Shown: in pieces, positions 48,000-61,639 of the stretch
How the letters are laid out: every line of letters starts with the position of its first letter
How positions within the stretch are numbered: position 1 is the stretch's first letter
Assembly: GCF_001194135.2 (NCBI RefSeq)
Contig: NC_068990.1
Coordinates: forward strand, 13,878,333-13,940,266
Reading direction: 5' to 3'
From: Octopus bimaculoides
Taxonomy: Eukaryota
Length of the DNA stretch: 61,934 nt
The notes under the pieces: model-generated
What the model was told of the DNA's origin: nothing
What the model saw: only the letters and a program-made list of their open reading frames with translations
The model's database searches: none
Position numbers and translations under genes: made by a program

Positions 48000-48750
48000 A
48001 CTGGTCTTCATCTCTCACATATATACTTTCTCCTTGGTAATGCCTCCTTGTATATATGCCTAAATGTATTTGTGTGGGATATTTATGGCAGAGTTGTGAT
48101 GATGTATTACATATTTGTGAGAATATTTTGAGTGGAAAATGATTTCAGTTGCAAAAACAGTGCTTCACCTCTTGACTTATCAATATTTCTTGAAGACCAG
48201 GACGTCTTATGAACATTGGTCGCTGATGGGGGGTAATGAATATATAATTTTACATGTTATGAGGCTTCCTGTGTTGTGATATGTTCTCTCCAGCCTTGTG
48301 GTGGTGTAATCAGGAATCAGGAATTTTAAGTATCCTGTGTTGTTGGTATAAAAATGTGGTTTCAGTTATCACAATGTTAAAATCTTATGTCATTATAAAC
48401 ATTTTTAGTTACATAAAGAGTTTTTTAACCGTTACTCTTGCATTGTGGCTTGCAATGTTTTTAAATATTAATATTTGTGTCATGTTCATACGATTTATTA
48501 ATATCAAAATTTATGTCATGTTTAAACGATTTATTTTTTAGTGTGAATTGCTTGGATGTTTTAAATGCCCCAGCAATTCACATATTTTAAATGTATTTTT
48601 AATTTATTCCGTGTGGAATTAGAAGGAATTGATGTTTAGAAGGAAAATAATAATGATATTCTGAGCTTTTACCATTGATGACATTTTTTTAATAATTTTA
48701 CTCATATAGTTTCTGAAATGCCGCTTATTTATGTGAAGTTTGTTTTGTCT
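48000..48750 (-). pseudogene. Possible Penelope-like element ORF 3' remnant (GIY-YIG region)
   Basis: Very decayed colinear hints only: QNIII (cf. RNIIWFNPP), ERTYHN (cf. RYxNH) and QNIL...HTNTFR (cf. NILNKRSE..KC.H.NKF). Confidence 0.35.
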
Positions 48751-49009
48751 TCTTTTACTTTGTTTGCTCGGTTAATTTTTGGAGACACACCCAGTGTCCT
48801 ACTGAGACACACCCAGTGAGTGAGGGATAAGAGATGTTACAGTATTACTGAAAGCTTGGGGAGGGGAAGCGGCAAGAGCAGCAGCGAAATATCTTCCTGT
48901 AATACACCACATACATTTAAATTGAAAGGGTCTTTCTAAGGATGTGAGCAGTACTTTTCAGCACAACAGCACGTCGGCACAGGTCGTGTCCTTGTCTTAT
49001 TATAATAAT

Positions 49010-49436
49010 GATTATTATTATTATTATTATTATTTTATGTTTGACTTTTGGTTTGCATTTGTACAAGTTGGATCCAAGTCTCACCCAGAGACCTCAAGAG
49101 ACAACAAGTTAGAAGTTCATGTTGGTCTTATGCCTAGGGTACCATATATTTCGATTTGTACATACTGTTGTTCTAGAGAATGTTTAAGAAACCCTAAGAA
49201 AATTATGTGTTTGTTTTAAAATTTGAGATCACATAGACAGTATTTTACGTAGGATATGGGCAGTTCCCATGAGCACTATCTTTTGAACTTCAGCTATTTG
49301 GGGTTTCCTGGTATCTGAGCTAGGTAATAATCAGCCCGTTTCGCTGTCATTCCCAGGGCACCTATGACAATAGGTATTGTTCTAGTCTTCAGATTCCACA
49401 TTTTGCTAATTTCTATTTCATTATTATTATTATTAT
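49010..49436 (-). mobile_element. 5'-truncated R4/Dong-clade LINE 3' end in (TAA)n
   Basis: EIEISKMWNLKTRTIPIVIGALG...IPGNP, a frameshift, IAEVQKIVLMGTAHILRKILSM* (stop at 49229), a 3' UTR, and TAA runs at 49010-49035 and 49421-49436. Confidence 0.8.
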
Positions 49437-49600
49437 CTCATTATCACAGATTTTGTTGGAGCTTCTGGAGTCTTGCATGAGTAGCGGTCTTACTATCTGC
49501 AGCCTATGGTACCATGCTATTCGTTCTTTTCACCTATCTAATAATTTCCTAATAATAATAATAATCATTATTATTACTGTCGTCGTCGTTGTCGTCGTCG

Positions 49601-49632
<32 letters not shown>

Positions 49633-50019
49633 ATCGTATCTTATTTTATCACAAAGCCGCGAATTTATAAGATATTGTAATAGAGCATTTGTATATTACC
49701 GCGGTTTACTTTAAATACGAAGAACGGATGAAGGGAAAAGTTGACCATGGTTGTATTGGGAAAAAGAATTTAATAGTGCATTGATTAAATAGCAATTCCA
49801 TATTAAAGCATAAGGTCTTAAATCTAGGGTAATGGTCTCGGTTAGATTGCAACTCAGAATTTGAATGGTTGTAAAATGTTAACATGGGATCTCTTCGCCA
49901 TTTTATTGCTTTATTATATTATCAGCTAATCATTGAAACAGCTACGATGTGTTAGACATTATATTTTATTTATTTTCTATATATTTATGCACGTATGCGC
50001 ACACACATATGTATGGATG

Positions 50020-50130
50020 TGTGTATCTCGCTTCCTCTCTCTCTCTCGCTTTCTCACTCACTCCTCCTTCTCTCTCTCTCTCACTCACTCCTCCCTCTCT
50101 CTCTCTCTCTCTCTCTCTATNNNNNNNNNN

Positions 50131-50167
<37 letters not shown>

Positions 50168-50357
50168 GTGTGCGTATGTGCATGTATGTATGTACGTATA
50201 AATATATTTTATATATATATACATATATATATGTATGCATATATACAATATATATATGTATATATATATATATTTGTGTGTATATATATAATCTTATGTA
50301 TGTATATATATACATCTGTATATATCTTATGTATACATATATGTATATATGTATGCG

Positions 50358-50394
<37 letters not shown>

Positions 50395-50911
50395 ATATAT
50401 ATACATACACATGTGNNNNNNNNNNNNNNNNNNNNNNNNNNNNNNNNNNNNNNNNNNNNNNNNNNNNNNNNNNNNNNNNNNNNNNNNNNNNNNNNNNNNN
50501 NNNNNNNNNNNNNNNNNNNNNNNNNNNNNNNNNNNNNNNNNNNNNNNNNNNNNNNNNNNNNNNNNNNNNNNNNNNNNNNNNNNNNNNNNNNNNNNNNNNN
50601 NNNNNNNNNNNNNNNNNNNNNNNNNNNNNNNNNNNNNNNNNNNNNNNNNNNNNNNNNNNNNNNNNNNNNNNNNNNNNNNNNNNNNNNNNNNNNNNNNNNN
50701 NNNNNNNNNNNNNNNNNNNNNNNNNNNNNNNNNNNNNNNNNNNNNNNNNNNNNNNNNNNNNNNNNNNNNNNNNNNNNNNNNNNNNNNNNNNNNNNNNNNN
50801 NNNNNNNNNNNNNNNNNNNNNNNNNNNNNNNNNNNNNNNNNNNNNNNNNNNNNNNNNNNNNNNNNNNNNNNNNNNNNNNNNNNNNNNNNNNNNNNNNNNN
50901 NNNNNNNNNNN

Positions 50912-50954
<43 letters not shown>

Positions 50955-50960
50955 TCTCTC
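50020..50960. repeat. CT/TA/TG low-complexity tract with gaps
   Basis: Direct observation. Confidence 0.9.
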
Positions 50961-51168
50961 TCTTTTTCTGGCTCTCGCGTTCTCACTATCTTTCACTTTC
51001 TCTTTCTATTTTTCCTTCACATTTTAAACTGAAGCACAGTTTTGTCAAGCCTGGCGTGTCCTCACGACAGATTTCATTTATAGCTTCTAAACAATCATAA
51101 GACTTACAAAGACTTAACATTACTGATGTTGATGTCGAAATTAATAATAATAAGCCTAATTGGTAGTG

Positions 51169-51208
<40 letters not shown>

Positions 51209-51218
51209 NNNNNNNNNN

Positions 51219-51262
<44 letters not shown>

Positions 51263-51263
<1 letters not shown>

Positions 51264-51720
51264 ACGAGTTACTGAGTGAGAAAGCAGCGCATGCCTCAAA
51301 GTAACACAGTGGCACAAATATACGAATCCTAATATACCCATCATGACAACCCGTCTAATAAGGGTACACCAGGCACATGCATCACAACCATGTGTGCGTG
51401 ACATGGTGATCTCATATTAAGAGAAACAATGCATGACCCTACAGGTAGGATTCAGTTTGAACTTTCTTCAGACTGAGTCGCTCATCCCGCTCAAAAGGTC
51501 CCTGGATAAGAGTTGCTTAAAGATGATGAATGAAACACCGACGTTTCCGGGGGTGAATTATTCAAATTCCAAAGAATTTCCTCTCGACATATAGCTATGA
51601 TGCCCTCACCACTGCTCCTGCTCCTGATCAAAGATGCTCGTATCATCAGCCACTAAGATACATGCTGAACTGGTTAAGGTTAAGCAACTCGACGATATTA
51701 AGCAGAATATTTGTTATAGT
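51263..51720 (-). mobile_element. Interspersed repeat of uncertain class, recalled as common in octopus
   Basis: ggtacaccaggcacatgcatcacaaccat...cccgctcaaaaggtccctg...atcagccactaag...ctggttaagg matches a recalled repeat. It is single-copy in this window, so this is unverified. Confidence 0.4.
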
Positions 51721-53665
51721 CCAGAGAAAAAATGGAACGCAAGATGTGGTGTTTGTGCAAGTCGCACTCAACTTCAAACATTTCACGAGTATCATTGACA
51801 CTATACTGTCAGCGATGAAAATGCTCGTCTAACGAGTAGACAGCCATCATATATGTATGTATATATGTATGTATGTATGTATGTATGCATTATGTATGTA
51901 TGTATGTATGTATGTATGTATGTATGTATATATGAATGTATGTATGCATGTTCGTATTATGATTTTTCTTTGAGTTTTATTTAAGTTCTTCCTAAGAGAG
52001 TTTAAGCCGGTCACTAACAAAACGACGAGTCTCTTTGAGTTAAGAGAGTCCCCACAACTATGTGGTTACGTTGGTGTGTTAGTTGAACTGTCGATACATA
52101 AACCCAAATTTGTGCATCTTTTCACCTAAAGAATTTCAAATGGAAAATTTTTGGAATGTCTTACAAATTTTCACAGTATATTTATCTTTCTGCAATTGTA
52201 CCAATGTAGGACCTCTATGGCACCAACGTTACGGATGTTTTGGAGTAAGTATGTCAAGGCCAAAGTGGAAACATCCCTGAAGAAAATGCAACCGCGATAC
52301 AGCAGTGATTTCCGTTTGAACCTATTTTAAATGATAGAATGCTTATAGTACACATGATTGTCTCAACCACCCACGTTTTCTCTAAAACATAAACATTCCT
52401 TCCAGTATTTCATATGTCACATTAGTTTTCATTTAACACGTCGGTTATGATTACTTATTAATAAGAATAGTCAAGGATTGAAAGAAAATTCTCACCCAGT
52501 TTTTATCCGTTTGTGTAGGCATGATGATTGACACTCGCTATAAAAGCTTCTTAGAGACTCCATTTTTATTTTGCCACACAGAACGAAAACCATTTTTGTT
52601 CATGTATTCGATTATTTATTTGCATAACAATTTGCATGGAAATGAGTGATTAATATATCTACCTACAACTGTACGTGAGTAATCCTTGTAGGCGTATAAA
52701 TCTACGCATTTATGTAGCCATAATTACTTCCTGTTAATTACTGTATTTTCTATAATCTTCGAAGCAATTTCTGGTTGTGGACATTTTGAAATTAGAACAA
52801 TGATATGTCTAAAATGTGTCTTTATAAATAATGTAACATCAACAGCAGTAGGCAACTGCCTTGTTGATAACAAAGCCATAGTTAGAATATCGTTTGAATC
52901 CCGTCTGAGGAAAGCTTAAATGAAATTGTCAACCCAAATTAATTATATAATGCATCGTTTTTATCCACATTGATTTCGGCTGACAACTCCAGTATTGATG
53001 ACTAACACATCCTGTTTGTAATGTAACAATAATTAGCTTCAATAGTTAAACCCCTGGCTTGCTTGGTTGTTAGACTATTTACTTACGACTATTGTTCAAT
53101 AGGAAATCCACACGATACCACAACCAGCAACAATAGCAACAACAAAACAGAATTAAAACAGGAAAGACATAGGTTACAACAATAACAACAGCAATAACAC
53201 AAATAGACTTAATGATCGATTTCGATTTTCTAAACAAAATTTATTGTGATTCTTCGGTCAAAACAAGAATATGCTGATATTCTCGCTTATCTCAACCTTT
53301 CAGAGAGTAATCACTCAGAAAAACTTGTATCACACTTATAACACAGTTGACGAATATTATATTCAAAAGACAATATAACGTGTGCAGAAATGCGTGCAAT
53401 TGTCTAAAATATATGCAAATATATGTACATAAATTTATGAAATATACATAATCTTACAAAAGATTCCGACTTAAAATTATCCTTTCTTAACTGACGAAGC
53501 AAGCAGTTAGCCAAAAATATATCAGCCGACCTCAAATCGTTAAGAGGAAAGTTTGTCTTTTTTCTCTCTCCCGGCTATTTATCAACTTAATAACTTTAAT
53601 ATGCGTGTGTGTATGTGTGTGTGTGTATGTGTGTGTGTAGGTGTGTGTGTATATTTATATATGTA

Positions 53666-53715
<50 letters not shown>

Positions 53716-54179
53716 NNNNNNNNNNNNNNNNNNNNNNNNNNNNNNNNNNNNNNNNNNNNNNNNNNNNNNNNNNNNNNNNNNNNNNNNNNNNNNNNNNNNN
53801 NNNNNNNNNNNNNNNNNNNNNNNNNNNNNNNNNNNNNNNNNNNNNNNNNNNNNNNNNNNNNNNNNNNNNNNNNNNNNNNNNNNNNNNNNNNNNNNNNNNN
53901 NNNNNCTTTTCTTGTATTATTCATAATTTTTTTTTTTTTTTCGATGCTTTAAATATTATTAAAACAAATGACTAGCAGAAACAAGAGAATGCTGGACTAA
54001 AGAACATAGAATACTTAGCTTACAACTTGAAAGTACTGAGTTCATATCTTACTAAAACTTGAACCAACCAAATTCTGGGGTTTTTTTTCATCCCATTGTA
54101 GTAACATATTGAAGCTTAACGTTGGGCTCTCATTTCACCTTGGCAAACCGATGAAAAGAACATCAAGATTTGTTCAACG

Positions 54180-54478
54180 AGAACGACATCCAACTACAGA
54201 TCCTGTTACAAGAAAGGAACATTGCAAGGCAAGGCAGCTAAATTGAAACACAAGGTCAAACAGACGAAAACGGATGGAAGCAAGAAGAAAGCTGCAAAAA
54301 TATACTAAGAAACTGAATTAGTGCGAGGCCAAAGATGAAGAGCTACAGCATTATGTAGGTTAAAAACGATATGAAAGCATTTTACACCGGACTTCAAAAG
54401 ATACTCGAGCCACAGAAAAGAGACACAACAAAGCTCATATCTTTTGACAGCAAAACAGTACTCCACCAAAACAATCGG
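54180..54478 (+). pseudogene. RTE (BovB-like) LINE ORF2 internal fragment
   Basis: AKDEELQHY followed by DMKAFYTGLQKILEPQKRDTTKLISFDSKTVL (cf. KAEELQ.YAD.NDMK.FY..LK.VYGP....L.S.DG.T.L). Confidence 0.65.
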
Positions 54479-54787
54479 ATACATACATACATACATACAT
54501 ACATGCATTTATATCTATGTATATATACTATTCAAAGGAAATCCAAATCTGTTTTATTTATATTCTTATGATATTAATGTAGGATATAGAATATATAATA
54601 TATTCAGTAAAATGAAATGAAGTATTGATTATCTTATTGAATAAATGAAATATTGAATATTGAATATTAAGTATTGAAAATTAAAGGACTAGTATACTTT
54701 CTTGCATTTTAACAATCTTCAAGGTCCCACGTTATGACAGGCGTGTTAACAACAGTTGTCAACATTATATACACATATATACATTTA

Positions 54788-54950
54788 TACGACTTACTTC
54801 TTTCAGTTTTCATCTACCAAATCCACTCATAAGGCTTTGGTCGGCCCGAGGCTATAGTAGAAGACCCTTACCCAAGGTGCCACACAGTGAGAATGAACCC
54901 AGAGCCATGTGGTTCGTAAGCAAGCTACTTACCACACAGCCACTCCTGTA
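54788..54950 (-). mobile_element. SINE family B, 5' half
   Basis: cttctttcagttttcatctaccaaatccactc...ggtcggcccgaggctatagtagaagac...ctacttaccacacagccactcctg. Confidence 0.9.
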
Positions 54951-55282
54951 TATATATATATATATATATATNNNNNNNNNNNNNNNNNNNNNNNNNNNNN
55001 NNNNNNNNNNNNNNNNNNNNNNNNNNNNNNNNNNNNNNNNNNNNNNNNNNNNNNNNNNNNNNNNNNNNNNNNNNNNNNNNNNNNNNNNNNNNNNNNNNNN
55101 NNNNNNNNNNNNNNNNNNNNNNNNNNNNNNNNNNNNNNNNNNNNNNNNNNNNNNNNNNNNNNNNNNNNNNNNNNNNNNNNNNNNNNNNNNNNNNNNNNNN
55201 NNNNNNNNNNNNNNNNNNNNNNNNNNNNNNNNNNNNNNNNNNNNNNNNNNNNNNNNNNNNNNNNNNNNNNNNNNNNNNNNNN

Positions 55283-55505
55283 TTACTCGAATAAATCGAC
55301 CCCAGTACTTCTTTTCCTTTTGAGTCAGGTACATATTCTCTGCGTTTCTTTTGACAAGACGGCTTCCACACAGTTTCCATTCTGCAAAAACCAAATTCAC
55401 TCATAAAGCATTGGCCTTTCTTTACCTACAGAGGAAGACACTCGCCGAAAGTGCTACGCAGTGGAACTAAACCCGAAACGACACGGTTGCAAAGGGAACT
55501 TCTTA
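55283..55505 (-). mobile_element. SINE family B-like, diverged
   Basis: aaatcgaccccagtact...ggcttccacacagtttcc...aattcactcataaagcattgg...gaagacactcgccgaaagtgctacgcagtggaactaaaccc. Confidence 0.6.
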
Positions 55506-56650
55506 TTAATGTATGCAATTTTTACAGATTCTCTTAAACTAATAATATTAAGCGGCTTGTGAACATATCTAAACCAGTACCTGCCAGAAAGCGTATACAG
55601 TTGAATAGATATATTTATGGCTCAAATTCTTGCAAGGGAGGGAACTGCGCTAAAATACTCATGGGTCAAATGATGTGTAAAACCGGGTAGTGCACTATTC
55701 CTACCACTCAAAAGTAATTCTGTGAATATATCTGTTGCTGCAGGCTAATCCTTGAATATTCGTTGCCAGATAAGTTATTCACTTTATTCCATTCGGTATC
55801 TCATTAAGAAAATTTCACTTCCTTTACGCTACTGTTACTATCTGGAAATGCAGAAGTAATATTATTTCTGTCTTTTCTCTATATACCACTATTTAATTCA
55901 TAACTATTATTACTTCGTATCCATATTATACCTTAATTGTTTGAAATCAATGTATTAACACACTACCCTGGTAGTGGAAACCATCTGATTAGGCGTAACA
56001 TTTGCTTCATATATTAAAATATTTTGCTGGAATAATCACTTGAAATATAAATTTTGGCGAAGAAATATAAAATAATATTCTAATATAGATTTACATGATT
56101 GTTCAAGCAGACATAGATAGACAGACAGACAGGAAGATAGGTAGGTAGGTAGGTAGGTAGGTAGGTAGGTGGGTGGGTACATATACAAAAAATTGTTTGT
56201 GTGTACGTGTATGTTTGTATTTGTGCGTGTGTATGAATGTATGCAAGTATGTAAATTGTGGTTTTAAAATATTTTTTTGTTATATTCCACAATAGTCTCT
56301 GTTCAATCCGAACACGGAAATACCTGTCTAAAAGAGTTATGCAATGGTGTCTCTGATGATATCAAATTGTTTATATTTTATAGTAGTTTTTGGTTGGTTT
56401 TGAATAGAAGACGACGACTATTATCAACGGAATCGAGATTAGACTAAAATTTCACATAGTCATTTTTCGAGTATTGACAGATGTCTGCTGCTATAAATGT
56501 TTAACATGCGAAATGGATTAAGTTCTGTGGAATTCTTCCAGTATACTTTAACCACTTTATGTAGCCAATCGGAAATTCTTCTCGAGCTATTTCGTAGTAT
56601 CTGAGTACAACTTGATATAAATGCAAAGACCGAATGAAAGCAATACTTAC

Positions 56651-56682
56651 GTCTCTTAAGACAGCTCACGGCTGTAATAGAA
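56651..56682 (-). other. Candidate 32-nt exon (xSITAVSCLKRx)
   Basis: ctaat...ggtacttacAG acceptor and AC|GTAAGT donor; one open frame. No homology recognised. Confidence 0.25.
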
Positions 56683-56799
56683 CTGTAAGTACCAGCATTA
56701 GTAGTACAGTTATTATCAACATGAGCGGTGATCATTTTAGCGAGATCTCACGTGGCTTACCTACCTCTTGGTTCTGATCCTCTTTCGACTAACAAGCAG

Positions 56800-57210
56800 C
56801 TCTAATCCACTTCAGACATAGACCTCAAAAGAGTATCACGTTCTTTTTGTTGCTTTATTTGCTCTTTAGACATATTTTCCGTTTGCTTAAATCGCAACGT
56901 TCACTTTGAATAATCTCCAACGGATGTTGCACCTCTTTCTGATTTCACACTCCTATCTTATCAAATCCAATCCTGAAGTTTTAATGTTCGTGTTCAAAAC
57001 ATTGGCCGTAGGATCCGTCTTCCGTAGCAAAGTATCTTCCCACATTCCTCTGTCTACCTCGGAATATTCTCTGTATAAATGTTCATACCCGTTGATGAAG
57101 ATACCAGCCTGGACTACGTTTTCCCTCGTTGTATCCTCCTCTTCATGTCCTCTATGTACTGGTTCACGTTGAATCTAGAATCTTTTGTGAGAAGATCGTA
57201 GTCGTTGATC
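56800..57210 (-). mobile_element. Possible RTE-like LINE remnant
   Basis: YIEDMKRRIQRGK (cf. EIKRRIQ.GN) and RRILRPMF (cf. RKILRRIFG). Confidence 0.35.
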
Positions 57211-57442
57211 AGAGAGAGCGAGAAGTAAATCTTAGTTGAGATTCCAATTACTTATTGATAATTAAGTGTAAATGGTAAAAAAAATTAATATACATTGACG
57301 ACAAACAATGTCAAAATAAATTATTTACCAAAGCAAATATAGCATTCGCAAACGCATACACACATATACCTACCTACATGCATACCTACATACATACATA
57401 CATACATACATACATACATACATACATACATACATACAAATA

Positions 57443-57671
57443 CATAGGGGCAAATCACCTGACAGTAAATGAAAACCATTTAATTCCAAGATTTATTTAT
57501 GTTTAACAACTGAATGAATTTAATAAATTCATCTAAATATGAAACATCATGAACATTGTCCAAACTGAAGTCCTCCTTAAGCGACATATTTTTCCATTCG
57601 AGTCAATACAGCATTACAGATAGTATTTATGGAATTTAGATTTACTGTCGGGTAACTTTTGGCCAACCCTG
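57443..57671. mobile_element. Tc1/mariner-type MITE
   Basis: Left ta|cataggggcaaatcacctgacagtaaat versus the reverse complement of the right end, ta|cagggttggccaaaagttacccgacagtaaat. Confidence 0.55.
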
Positions 57672-58424
57672 TATATATATNNNNNNNNNNNNNNNNNNNN
57701 NNNNNNNNNNNNNNNNNNNNNNNNNNNNNNNNNNNNNNNNNNNNNNNNNNNNNNNNNNNNNNNNNNNNNNNNNNNNNNNNNNNNNNNNNNNNNNNNNNNN
57801 NNNNNNNNNNNNNNNNNNNNNNNNNNNNNNNNNNNNNNNNNNNNNNNNNNNNNNNNNNNNNNNNNNNNNNNNNNNNNNNNNNNNNNNNNNNNNNNNNNNN
57901 NNNNNNNNNNNNNNNNNNNNNNNNNNNNNNNNNNNNNNNNNNNNNNNAGAGACCTCGATAGTATGTAAATAAAGGAGTTTATCTGTAAATATATGTGACA
58001 ATTATTCGGTAGCCATATAACCGACTAACCGAATATATATATATATATATATTACAAATAAAAGGGTAAAGGATTATTAATTTATTAATAAATTAATAAT
58101 TAATAATTTTTACCAAGCACTTCGGTATGTAAACACCATTATCGGTGAAGAACTTATTTAAAAGTTCTTATAAATTTATAAACATAATTAAGGGATCAGC
58201 AACAGTTGCTTCACCACATACCGAAGTTCAGAAATAGCAGCTAAAGTGCTAAAGCTCCAAAAGATAGCAGTACTTGTAACTCACAAAGGCAAAACAAGAA
58301 GTAAAAAACAACGAAACTAACCAGTCTTAGTTAATCATAGACGCGTTTCTGGATTAGAATGGTAAAAACCTTCATTTCCATCATCAGTATGATATTCTAG
58401 GTCGCAAGTCTGAAGATGCAGGCA

Positions 58425-58499
<75 letters not shown>

Positions 58500-58719
58500 G
58501 GGTTTACATAAGTTAAAAAGTTCAAAGTCTTTAGACGTTGTGGTGTATTACAGTGACTTCGTATCAATAGATAGGTGCGAGTAATTCATAAGCTGGAGAG
58601 GGGAAGCCGGAATGTATAAAGTCCAAAAGAGTAAGAAAAGTAGAGAGTCAAGTGGAGAAGTTCGTGGGTGATGAGAAGACAGGATCAACTGGTACGACCA
58701 CGTGAGCGTGTGATATGTG

Positions 58720-58845
58720 TAGGGAGAATTCACAAAAATCAACAGACGAAGACAGGTGGTGTAGAAAACAAATAGATGTATTAGTATAACGCTCGGGAAT
58801 TGAAAATGTCTTAAACGTTTCGAGCCGACGCTCTTCCACAGAAAT
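58720..58845 (-). mobile_element. Penelope-like terminal fragment with hammerhead-like motif
   Basis: Homologous to 25655-25765. Reverse complement: ttt ctgtgga a gagc gtcg gctc gaaa cgt t taagac. Confidence 0.6.
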
Positions 58846-59452
58846 ATATATTCATATATATATNNNNNNNNNNNNNNNNNNNNNNNNNNNNNNNNNNNNN
58901 NNNNNNNNNNNNNNNNNNNNNNNNNNNNNNNNNNNNNNNNNNNNNNNNNNNNNNNNNNNNNNNNNNNTATATATATATATAGATATATATATATATATAC
59001 ACATATAGTTTTTTATTTTATTTACTTGAAATTTCTATTCTTTTATATTTTAAAATTATTGACGCTCATGCTTACAAACATTTAATATAGTCCTATTCTT
59101 GAAATTAACGACTCTGCCATGTAATTTTGTCTAATTTTGTCAAATGTTCCCCTGAAGAGATTCATACTCAAAACTATGAACTTTTTTATAAATTCATAAT
59201 TGGATATGAATCGAAATGATGTGTAAGATTAATATTTCTATTTCTTTTCTTATTATATTAGGGCACCAGTTAAACGATGTGTAGATTAATGTCTTATTTT
59301 TTTCTCATGTATACCCAAAAGTAATTGAAAGTATAAATAACCCGTTTTACATATATTTACATAAATCTGTGTGTGTGTGTGTGTATGATACAATTTTATT
59401 AAATATTCTATACACACAGGATAAATCCATGACAAAAATTAAATAATAAATA

Positions 59453-60745
59453 TTAGTAATAATCGGCAACTGCTCAAGAGCAATTGTGTGTGTTCGCAGC
59501 CAGTGCAAAAATTTCTAATGCATACCTGGCTGTGATACTACACTCTCCTGATACCAAGCAGTTACATTTGAAAATAAAATGGGAATAGAATGTGTACATC
59601 TTTAAATTGTTTGTTTTAAATAATTAATCCGAAAATCTCCATATAGCAACTTAATATTACAATATTTATATGCTGAACATGTACAATTTGCTCTTAATAT
59701 ATAAGATGTATATACAGGAAGGTTTTACACTTAGACAACTTCATATATACAAAATTACTAGTTAGTTTCTGTATATTATGATGGTCGCGGCGTCTTGGAT
59801 TTGAGGAACTCATTTTGTAATTGAGAAACTCATTTTGTTCAGCATAAATTCTTATCTTGTCTGGGTCTCCAGCCCTGCTTATAGCAACGTATAATTGACC
59901 TTGAGTGAAAACTGGATTTGGTAAGTAAATCTCACATTTTGACATACTCTGTCTTTGGCTTTTGTTTATGGAAATTGCAAAATCCAGTCTTATTGGAAAT
60001 TAGCGTCTTTGTAATGTGAAGGGTAAATCAGAATCAGAAGGCATTAAACTGATCCGAGGAATCAAAATAATTCCAATCAGCTTCAATCAATTTTTTGCAG
60101 ATATTAGATTGTTATTTGCAGTTACAATTTTATACCTTGTGCCGTTACAATGACCGTTTTTGTGATCAAGATTTCTGAGTAATATTATTGGTGATCCAAT
60201 TTTTAATTTAATCTCATACGGAGGTAGACCACTGACAGAAATTCTTCTATTCTTTCCTGTGATAAATTCTCTCGGGCAGCGCGATGTTGTTCAGCATTTT
60301 GATGTAAAATTTCTCTACTTTCCTGTGACATGTTCTCTTGCTTACTTTATGTTGTTGAGAGTCCTATACTAAAATTTCGGAGCGTCGTGTTTGGATCAAG
60401 TTAGACCGCGCCTCTCTCCGTCGTACAGCAATTTATGTTTCTTACAGCTTCTCGTCGGTCACTGCTCAAGCTTCTTTGCCTCTCCTGTTGACGAAATCTG
60501 GCTGCTTCTCTTCTCTGGCTAGCAATAGCAATACTCATAATGGGTTTTTTAATAGTTACAAAAAATAAGAAAATGTGTGTTCAAGGAGTGACTTCAAATT
60601 TATCAAAATAAAAGAGCGTAGCACATTTACGGGGTTTTGAGTGCACGTAATTATTTTGAAACACCACTATATATTCTGCTTCGTATCAATTATTATAATA
60701 TGGATTTTAATGAGCAAATATTTATTAATAATAAATTTAGATAGA
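59453..60745 (-). mobile_element. Internally deleted non-autonomous Helitron (5' boundary uncertain: 60745 or 61680)
   Basis: An ATG at 60538 opens an R/E/Q-rich repeat region fused to the Pif1-helicase C-terminus. The 3' end has an 18-nt hairpin (59468-59485), 11 nt, then CTAA|T at 59453. Confidence 0.8.
59735..60236 (-). pseudogene. Helitron RepHel helicase C-terminal fragment
   Basis: SGLPPYEIKLKIGSPIILLRNLDHKNGHCNGTRY...[64 protein letters not shown], with in-frame stops. Confidence 0.92.
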
Positions 60746-61401
60746 ATTACCTTTCACACGTCCTTTAACTTTAAAACTTTGATATCCACAAACGTTTAAA
60801 GCTCTCATATTTGTGAACCTCAAAAATTCTTATTACCAATCAACCTTATTACATAAAATTGAACCTCCTTTTACTCCTACATTTACTGTATTTTAAATAA
60901 TTATTTTATTTCATTTTCTCTCATCTTCTTTTCTATTTTACTAATGGCGTTACTTTGCTGCCTTATCAAATTCAACCATGTTGCCTGAGATACACTAACA
61001 CAGGAGGGTATCATTTGAAGGAGATTTGGTTGCTATTTGTCACAAGTCGGGCGACGACATAGATGTTTTGTTGGAGTATCAATTACTGAAAGAGCAACAG
61101 ATAAGAAAAGAGTCCCCAATATCGCCCACAGTTAGAATATTGCAATCTGAGTTTATGTATCTATGTACCAACTTTCCTTTTCATCTATGTATCTACTGTC
61201 TCTCTCACTTTCTCTTTTTCTCTCTCACTTCCTCTGTGTCCCTCCTCTCTCCCGCTTTTAACTTAACAATGTGTGTTTGTGTGTCTGTGTGTATCTATGT
61301 ATCTACTTTTTTATCTATGTATTTATTTTTCTCAGTATGTAGCAATCTACTCTGAAAATACTGATGAACATTTTTCCTCTTTTTCTTTCAGTCACCATTC
61401 A

Positions 61402-61455
<54 letters not shown>

Positions 61456-61639
61456 ATCTCTCTCTCTCTCTCTCACGCACACACACACACACACACTCAC
61501 TCACTCCTTCTCTTTCTTTTCCATTTGAATAAAATTTTTCAATCTTAGTTTGTGATACCCTTTTTTCAAGTTAACTCCTTGAATTTGTTCCTACGTAATT
61601 AACTACTTGACTTTCTTTCTATCTTAATACTGAAGAAAA

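Noticed and set aside
59756-59761. CTAG|T as the Helitron 3' end
   Set aside because: It lies inside the residual ORF tail and lacks an upstream hairpin; the 59453 site fits better.
2-61548. Dozens of ORFs such as CVCV…, YIYI…, THTH…, SLSL…, poly-D/N/S/Y, and ORFs running through X
   Set aside because: They are translations of microsatellites or N gaps, with no coding evidence.
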